Notes under the pieces: model-generated | Databases searched by the model: none | Seen by the model: only the letters and a program-made list of their open reading frames with translations | Told to the model about the DNA's origin: nothing | IMG/VR virus record: IMGVR_UViG_3300027764_000020 | Location: 1 to 31,482 of that record | Reading direction: 5' to 3' (one strand) | DNA: 31,482 bases | Source: a virus | Lineage: Duplodnaviria > Caudoviricetes | Translations under genes and position numbers: made by a program | In this document: positions 25,956 to 31,482 of the stretch, in pieces | Layout: every line of letters starts with the position of its first letter | How positions within the stretch are numbered: position 1 is the stretch's first letter

Positions 25956-26992
25956 GGCCGAGCGCCGCCGCACGCTGGATGGCTTGTCCGGCCAGTGTCC
26001 ACCTGTCAGTCGGCATCCCTGAGTCGCCGTCCGGTGAGGCAGCGCAAATCGGGACAGCAATTCACGCTTTGGCCGAGCTGTGCTGGCAGACAGAGGATGA
26101 CCCAAAGAACTACATCAACAAGATGGTCGAGGGTATCGTCATCACCGAGCAGAACGCCGAGTTCGCGCAGTTGCATTTGGACACCATCAAGCGTTTGGAG
26201 ACTGAGCTAGGGCGGGTGCTGGTGGAGCAACACGGGACGGTGCTCAACACCATGCAAGTGTCACTATCTGGGACGTGCGACGTTGTCGGCTACAGCGTCA
26301 AGGACAGCATCATCGAGATCGTTGACCTCAAGACGGGTCGCAACTACGTTGACGCTGATTCTCCGCAACTGAAGATCTATGCGCTGGCGATGATGCGTGA
26401 GCTGGGAGACTTCAACACTGTTCGCCTAACGATTGTCCAGCCCCAGGTCGGCGCGAACCGCACTCACGAGATGAGCCTGTACGAGTTGCTCCAGTGGCGC
26501 GACAACGAACTCATCAAGGCGGTCAACGAGATTGTTACGATGAACGCCTACCCTACCCCGTCACGGGATGCGTGCAAGTACTGCCCAGCTAAGTTAGTAT
26601 GCCCAGCCCTGCGCGAAAAGGCTTACGAGCTGCCCCTAGCGCCTACCAAGGAACTCAGCGAGAGCGAGATTGCTACCTGGTTGGAGCAGGGTGAGCTTGT
26701 GGAGGCTTTCTACGAGGAGCTGAAGAAGGTGGCTACGCAACGCCTGGAGGATGGCGCGGCAGTGCCAGGCTGGAACCTGGTCCCGAAACGCGCCATCCGC
26801 AAGTGGAAGGCAGACATCGACATCAGCGACTTGCCGATTGAGACTGCCAAGCTGTACAAGAGCGAGCCAATTACGCCAGCGCAAGCTGAGAAATTACTGA
26901 GCAAAGATGACCGGCATCTGCTCGACGATTTGACAGAGAAGGTCTCTTCTGGACTGACTCTGGCAAAGATGTTGGAATCCTCCGACATCTAA
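25937..26992 (+). CDS. DUF2800 / Cas4-like PD-(D/E)xK exonuclease
   Basis: PSAAARWMACPAS, GTAIH, GTCD, IVDLKTG, QLKIYA, CKYCPAKLVCP. Confidence 0.9.
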   Translation: MERIKLRPSAAARWMACPASVHLSVGIPESPSGEAAQIGTAIHALAELCWQTEDDPKNYINKMVEGIVITEQNAEFAQLHLDTIKRLETELGRVLVEQHGTVLNTMQVSLSGTCDVVGYSVKDSIIEIVDLKTGRNYVDADSPQLKIYALAMMRELGDFNTVRLTIVQPQVGANRTHEMSLYELLQWRDNELIKAVNEIVTMNAYPTPSRDACKYCPAKLVCPALREKAYELPLAPTKELSESEIATWLEQGELVEAFYEELKKVATQRLEDGAAVPGWNLVPKRAIRKWKADIDISDLPIETAKLYKSEPITPAQAEKLLSKDDRHLLDDLTEKVSSGLTLAKMLESSDI

Positions 26993-27026
26993 CACTGTGC
27001 TAACGCACGAAACTTAGGAAACTGAA

Positions 27027-27599
27027 ATGCTAAATTTATCCTCTAACTCTGGATCAGGAAACTCTTACATCCGATTTGCACCCCAGGCTAACGCCTGGAC
27101 AAACCGCGACGGTGAGGAAATCCAACTCAAGAAGGTGGTCATGGACCTGGACTCGGTGCAAACCGGCTGGCTGATGATTGGTGCTGGTGTACGCGATTGG
27201 CAGCCGGATGAGGTGCTTGGCGCTAAGAGCCAGTCGCCTGGCGAGGGCTACAAGCGCGGGTTTGTGGTGACGCTGTACTCAAAGGAACTCGGGCTGGTCG
27301 ATTGGAGCGCCAACGCTTACGGGCCATGCAAGGGTTTCGAGAAGATCTACAACGAAGCCGAGAAAGCTGCTGGTAACAACTTCGGCAAGCTGCCGGTCAT
27401 CGAGTACGTCAACAGCACCGCCGAGAAGGTTGGCAAGGGCAACACCCGAGTGCCGAACTTTAAATTGGTGAGCTGGGTTGCGCGTCCCGCGGGCATGGAT
27501 GCAGACGGTGGGGAGTTTGCCGAGCCGGAGCCAGCGCCTGTACGCAAGGCGGCCAAGCCAGCGCCTGCGCCTGTGATGGACGACGAAGAGTTTTTCTAA
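27027..27599 (+). CDS. Putative single-stranded DNA-binding protein
   Basis: Between exonuclease and primase; beta-rich; acidic-aromatic tail MDDEEFF. Confidence 0.65.
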   Translation: MLNLSSNSGSGNSYIRFAPQANAWTNRDGEEIQLKKVVMDLDSVQTGWLMIGAGVRDWQPDEVLGAKSQSPGEGYKRGFVVTLYSKELGLVDWSANAYGPCKGFEKIYNEAEKAAGNNFGKLPVIEYVNSTAEKVGKGNTRVPNFKLVSWVARPAGMDADGGEFAEPEPAPVRKAAKPAPAPVMDDEEFF

Positions 27600-27612
27600 C
27601 CAGTAGTCTGGT

Positions 27613-27644
27613 GGCCGGTGGCTGATCCCCACCGGCTTTTTTTT
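27613..27644 (+). terminator. Rho-independent terminator after SSB-like gene
   Basis: GGCCGGTGG-CTGATCC-CCACCGGC followed by T8. Confidence 0.85.
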
Positions 27645-27668
27645 CCTCTAAAAATTGAGAACAAGAAA

Positions 27669-29741
27669 ATGGACACTGAAACAATAGCCAAAGCCCTGGG
27701 CAACGCCAAGAAGGTGAACGGGAACTGGCTCGCTAGTTGCCCTGTGGCTGGGCACGGCCGAGGTAACGGGGACAAGAACCCGTCCCTATCCATCAAGGAA
27801 GACAATGGCAAGTACCTGTTCCATTGCCACGGCGGGTGCGACCAGCACTCTGTATTCGACGCGGTCAGGGAGCGCAACCTCTTGCCAGCACTCCAGCGCC
27901 AGGAGTACAGTCTCGCGCTTATCAAAGGTGAACTGATGACGATGCCAACGCTGGAGCAGGAGTGGGAGTACAAGGACGAGTCGGGCGAGACGCTGTTCGT
28001 TAAGCGCCGGTTCAAGACCAACACCGAGAAGGGCAAGACGTACAGCTTGCACAAGGTGGATGCCGCTGGCAACCGCAAGGGCAGCATGACAGGGGCAAGG
28101 ATAGTGCCTTACCGCCTGCCGGAACTGATAAACGCAAGGGAAGCCGGACGCGCCATTTACCTGGTGGAAGGCGAGAAGGCAGCGGATGCCCTGGTCAGCA
28201 TAGGTGCGATTGCCACTACGTCGCACGCCGGTGCTGGGCACTGGCCGGAAGACATCACCCAATACTTTGTCGGCGCGGTAGTGATAGTGGTCCCCGACTG
28301 CGATGCACCAGGCTGGAAGTACGCAACTCGCGTAGTGCAGGCTCTGCTGCCGGTAGCCAAGGCAATCAGAGTGCTGGACCTAAACTTACCGGAGCTCGGG
28401 GATGATGCCTACGAGTGGGTAGCGGACGGCGGGGACAGGGCTAAGCTGGCAGAACTCGCCAAGGCATTACCCGTCATCACCGACATCAACCAGGTGGTGA
28501 CACCCGAGTGGATTGAGCCTAGTTCTACCGAAGTTACCGTAGAACCCGATAACTTTGATATACATCAAGAGCCGCCCATCTTAATTCCACGCCAGCTGCT
28601 CAACATCGAGGCTTGGGATGACATTGAGGACGAGCCGGTCGAGTGGCTGATTGAGAACGTGCTACCGAAGAAGGCGTTTGCCGCGCTGTACGGGCCGCCA
28701 GGGTCTTACAAGTCATTCGTGGCCTTGGACATTGCCGAGGCGGTGGCAACGGGCAGGCCGTGGATGGGGCGGGAGGTGCAGGCGGCAGGCGCGGTCTTGT
28801 ACATTGCCGGCGAGGGTTTCGGCGGCATCGGCGCACGCATCAAAGCCTGCAAGCTGCATAACCGCACCGCGGTGGGAGCCGAGATTTACGTTATCAGGGC
28901 AGCCATTAACATGAGATCGAGCGCCGAGGACTTCGACCTATTGGTGGCATCGATCAAGGACCTGATGGAGAAGTCAGGCGTCCAGTTTGAGCTGGTCCAG
29001 ATCGACACGTTAGCCAGGGCATTCGGCGGTGGAAACGAGAACAACAGCGAAGACATGGGGGCGTTTATCCACAACGCGGGACGGATACAGCGTATGTTGG
29101 GCTGCGCCATGATGGTCCTACATCACTCGGGTAAAGACGCCACTAAGGGATTGCGGGGACATAGCTCTCTCCTCGGAGCCGTGGACACCCAACTGGAACT
29201 CATGAAGGTTGACGCGCAACCGAACCCTGCAAGCCCGATAGCAGGGTCAGGCGTACTCACCATCAGTAAGCAGAAGGATGGGCAGGACGGATTAAAAATA
29301 GGCTTTGAGATGGTCAAGGTGGAGATTAAGGCCAGCGCGCTTGGCATCAGCGACGCGCAGATTAGCCTGGCCGTGAGGGCGAGTGATGAAGCGATCCAGC
29401 AGCAGCAGCAGGCCGATGCAGTGCAACGCCAGGACAAACCACGTAAGCTGCAGGAGAACCAGCAAGTTGCCCTAAACGCCATACACAAGGCCATAGAGAA
29501 GAATGGGCACATGACAAACGTAGGGAACGAGCGGCACAAGACGGTGACGGTAGCTGAGTGGAAGGATGAGTTTGTGAAGCTGAAGGGCGACAGTCAGAGC
29601 ATCAACACGGACTTCTACAAGGGCAAGAAGTCGATGTTTGCCAAGGAATTGGTGGGATACCACAAGACGGATGTCGCGGAATACTGCTGGGTGATCTACC
29701 CTGACAATGACAAAGATGAGCCGTTTGTGTCCCCATTCTGA
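27669..29741 (+). CDS. Primase-helicase (Zn finger, TOPRIM, AAA_25/RepA-like helicase)
   Basis: CPVAGH...CHGGC; LVEGEKAAD and DCD; Walker A GPPGSYKS, QIDT, VLHHSGK; start placed after the terminator. Confidence 0.92.
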   Translation: MDTETIAKALGNAKKVNGNWLASCPVAGHGRGNGDKNPSLSIKEDNGKYLFHCHGGCDQHSVFDAVRERNLLPALQRQEYSLALIKGELMTMPTLEQEWEYKDESGETLFVKRRFKTNTEKGKTYSLHKVDAAGNRKGSMTGARIVPYRLPELINAREAGRAIYLVEGEKAADALVSIGAIATTSHAGAGHWPEDITQYFVGAVVIVVPDCDAPGWKYATRVVQALLPVAKAIRVLDLNLPELGDDAYEWVADGGDRAKLAELAKALPVITDINQVVTPEWIEPSSTEVTVEPDNFDIHQEPPILIPRQLLNIEAWDDIEDEPVEWLIENVLPKKAFAALYGPPGSYKSFVALDIAEAVATGRPWMGREVQAAGAVLYIAGEGFGGIGARIKACKLHNRTAVGAEIYVIRAAINMRSSAEDFDLLVASIKDLMEKSGVQFELVQIDTLARAFGGGNENNSEDMGAFIHNAGRIQRMLGCAMMVLHHSGKDATKGLRGHSSLLGAVDTQLELMKVDAQPNPASPIAGSGVLTISKQKDGQDGLKIGFEMVKVEIKASALGISDAQISLAVRASDEAIQQQQQADAVQRQDKPRKLQENQQVALNAIHKAIEKNGHMTNVGNERHKTVTVAEWKDEFVKLKGDSQSINTDFYKGKKSMFAKELVGYHKTDVAEYCWVIYPDNDKDEPFVSPF

Positions 29742-29965
29742 TAGCCGACTTGTGAAGTTGGCTATGGAAACATGGCAAGCTGGCTATGTACTTTTGTTTG
29801 AGAAACATAGCCGACTTGTAAAAACATGGCAAGCTGGCTATGTGCAAGTCGGCCAGAAATAGGTAGTCGGATAGCCGACTTTCATAATATTGCTTAATGC
29901 AATATGAAGTCGGCTAGTCGGCTATCTCGGAATTTAGAAGATGGCTATCAGTTGAAGTCGGCTAT
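29741..29965. repeat. Array of ~11 direct and inverted 11-bp repeats (ATAGCCGACTT / AAGTCGGCTAT); probable replication origin
   Basis: Copies start at 29741, 29755, 29777, 29807, 29831, 29846, 29871, 29907, 29915, 29938, 29955; AT-rich centre 29882-29906. Confidence 0.85.
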
Positions 29966-29979
29966 GGAAAGGGTTAGAG

Positions 29980-30627
29980 ATGGCAACGAGGAAATTATTG
30001 GAGACTGACGTGTATCCGAGCGACCGTTTCAAAGTCTTTGAGCATTCGCTCATGGTTGAGATGGAGACCGCGAAGATGGAGCATGAGAAGGTCTGGGGTA
30101 TAGACCGAGTGATTGACCTGGTGGATGCAGAGTTCCGGAGAAAGGTAAACGCGCAGCGTGAGCGCATCTGGGAGGCCAGCCAGGCGCGAGACGAGGAACG
30201 GTTGGAGAAGGCCATCAAGGGAATGATCGCGGCTTACAAGGCGTTGACCAGGTGGGCGACTGAGGCAGGCATAGAGCAGATGCCTAAAATCGATTGCATG
30301 GAATACAAGATGGCTGATGGCAGTTTGATGGTCATCGTCAGGGACAAACAGATGGCGACCTGGTACGACCAGTTCCACAAGCTGCCAGTTAATCGCTCGG
30401 TCTGGACTCTCGAAGAGCTGGAAGTGGTAATGAACAGTAAGACTCTTACTCAGGTAAGGGAGATCAAGGCGGCGATACCTGGAACGAGAATGATTCCTAT
30501 TCAGCCTCAAGGATCCAGCGGGTTCGAGGACATGGAGAACGACATCGACATCAGCAAGCCGTTCAAGGGCGGGAAGATGTTTGATACGAAGGCAGCAGAA
30601 AGGGATAAGAATGAGCGCAGGAAGTGA
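29980..30627 (+). CDS. Hypothetical protein
   Basis: 215 aa, helical N-terminal half (WGIDRVIDLVD..FR.K); between origin and terS. Confidence 0.75.
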   Translation: MATRKLLETDVYPSDRFKVFEHSLMVEMETAKMEHEKVWGIDRVIDLVDAEFRRKVNAQRERIWEASQARDEERLEKAIKGMIAAYKALTRWATEAGIEQMPKIDCMEYKMADGSLMVIVRDKQMATWYDQFHKLPVNRSVWTLEELEVVMNSKTLTQVREIKAAIPGTRMIPIQPQGSSGFEDMENDIDISKPFKGGKMFDTKAAERDKNERRK

Positions 30628-30691
30628 TTTGTGGGATGAGGTGGTGCGTAGGGTGCTTGAAACTACGAAAAACGCTTGGAGGGCTTTGTAA
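30611..30691 (+). CDS. Possible 26-aa peptide coupled to terS
   Basis: MSAGSDLWDEVVRRVLETTKNAWRAL*, TAATG overlap with the terS start. Confidence 0.35.
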   Translation: MSAGSDLWDEVVRRVLETTKNAWRAL

Positions 30692-31158
30692 TGCCAGGGA
30701 ACCCGAAGGTGAGGGCAGACCTCGCGCTGCTTGAGGACTTAGACGCGGAGCTTGTGCTGTCGATGTTTGAGGAGGGTCGCAGCAAGGCAGACATATGCCG
30801 TGGCCTGGGAATCGGACGGCGCGCGCTCGATCGGTGGATAGATGAGAATGATTATCATTCTATAATTACACGCGCGCGGGTGGAAGCTGCCTCGCATCTC
30901 GCTTGCGAGACGCTCACCATCGCGGACGGCATGGACGTGGACAACGCGCAGCGCGACGTGCAGCGCATCAGGACGCGCCAGTGGCTGGCTGAGAGGTGGG
31001 ACCGGAAGACGTATGGCACTGACAAGGCGCAGTCGGTGAACATCAGCATCCAAGGTTTACGCATGGAGGCTCTTCGCCACGTCGAGGTGGTCGAGGAGTT
31101 ATCCACAGACCGGATGCAAAAGTTATCAACAGAACAGGTGCAACTGCCCAACGATTAG
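30691..31158 (+). CDS. terS: Terminase small subunit
   Basis: GGAGG RBS; N-terminal HTH (EGRSKADICRGLGIGRRALDRWI), RIRTRQWLAERWDRKTYG. Confidence 0.85.
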   Translation: MPGNPKVRADLALLEDLDAELVLSMFEEGRSKADICRGLGIGRRALDRWIDENDYHSIITRARVEAASHLACETLTIADGMDVDNAQRDVQRIRTRQWLAERWDRKTYGTDKAQSVNISIQGLRMEALRHVEVVEELSTDRMQKLSTEQVQLPND

Positions 31159-31326
31159 GCAGAAACACGCATAAACAGCACTTCTAAGTTCACATAATGG
31201 ACACTGTATCTATTGCGTTATTTGTATATTGTCCGCATTATCGGGACAATGTTCAATGGAATCAACGGGTTACGCGCACCAGGTCGCATCACCATAGGCA
31301 GAGCAGCCCGTGCTGAGTTGTCCACA
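31099..31326 (+). promoter_or_regulatory. Three co-oriented DnaA-box-like 9-mers
   Basis: TTATCCACA 31099-31107, TTATCAACA 31123-31131, TTGTCCACA 31318-31326; all in an AG-box-G context. Confidence 0.5.
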
Positions 31327-31461
31327 GGCTGGCGTTCTGGCCACGGACCGCGCCGACCCCCCCCGTGGGGCGCGTGGCGGCGGGGCGGTAGTGGCAGCAC
31401 CCAAACACCTACCGAACCCACGAACCCACTGACCCCCTACCCACCCACCTGGTAACGCCCT

Positions 31462-31482
31462 ATGTCTTCCAAAAAAAATTCT
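31462..31482 (+). CDS. Probable start of terminase large subunit (3' truncated)
   Basis: ATG TCT TCC AAA AAA AAT TCT open to the window edge; assignment rests only on position after terS. Confidence 0.35.

Larger units (their letters stand above)
1..31482 (+). mobile_element. Tailed phage genome (podovirus-like), nearly complete; TerL and the 5' part of the first glycosyltransferase lie outside the window
   Basis: Continuous portal-scaffold-capsid-tail-lysis-ejection module plus replication genes and TerS; no host housekeeping genes; no long tape-measure or sheath gene. Confidence 0.93.

Noticed and set aside
26996-27009. GTGC-TAAC-GCAC hairpin upstream of the SSB-like gene as an autoregulatory element
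   Set aside because: Only 4-5 bp; cannot be told from chance without homologues
27618-27668. Longer start for the primase-helicase
   Set aside because: The GTG lies within the terminator stem; ATG 27669 is more plausible
29741-29965. CRISPR array associated with the Cas4-like gene
   Set aside because: Repeats are only 11 bp, in both orientations and irregularly spaced, with no unique 30-40 bp spacers; DUF2800 is a common phage replication nuclease
31213-31455. 80-aa and 67-aa ORFs after terS
   Set aside because: Low-complexity R/P/G translations of a GC-skewed regulatory gap with no clear RBS
1-31482. Stop-codon reassignment or tRNA genes
   Set aside because: Genes tile densely under the standard code with TAA, TGA and TAG all used as stops; no cloverleaf seen in the few intergenic gaps

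Overview
This window is almost a whole genome of a ~33-35 kb podovirus-like tailed phage (Caudoviricetes). A Betaproteobacterial host is a guess from gene style and a dif-like half-site. The + strand late region runs: truncated GT2 glycosyltransferase, SAM methyltransferase, portal, scaffold, major capsid, second GT-A glycosyltransferase, adaptor, tail/fibre genes, lysis cassette (3TM holin, M15 endolysin), tail stabilisation protein, GNAT-like protein, four ejection-type proteins. A mixed-strand accessory block follows (wHTH, HTH-metallophosphoesterase, hyperacidic protein, leftward micro-genes), then a divergent control region. The + strand early/replication region has a Cro-like HTH, a TGT/DpdA-like protein with a VUT (queuosine-precursor) transporter, RuvC, DUF2800 nuclease, SSB-like protein, primase-helicase, an 11-bp repeat array (likely origin) and TerS. 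The window stops at what is probably the TerL start. I see no integrase, CI repressor, DNA polymerase, tRNA or CRISPR array. Best leads: a salvage-type 7-deazaguanine modification pair with no biosynthesis genes, an in-frame A_AAA_AAG -1 frameshift gene, a 90-aa protein with no basic residues, glycosylation genes in the head module, an operator array, and DnaA boxes with a dif-like half-site near terS. All protein calls come from motifs read by eye; no database search was run.
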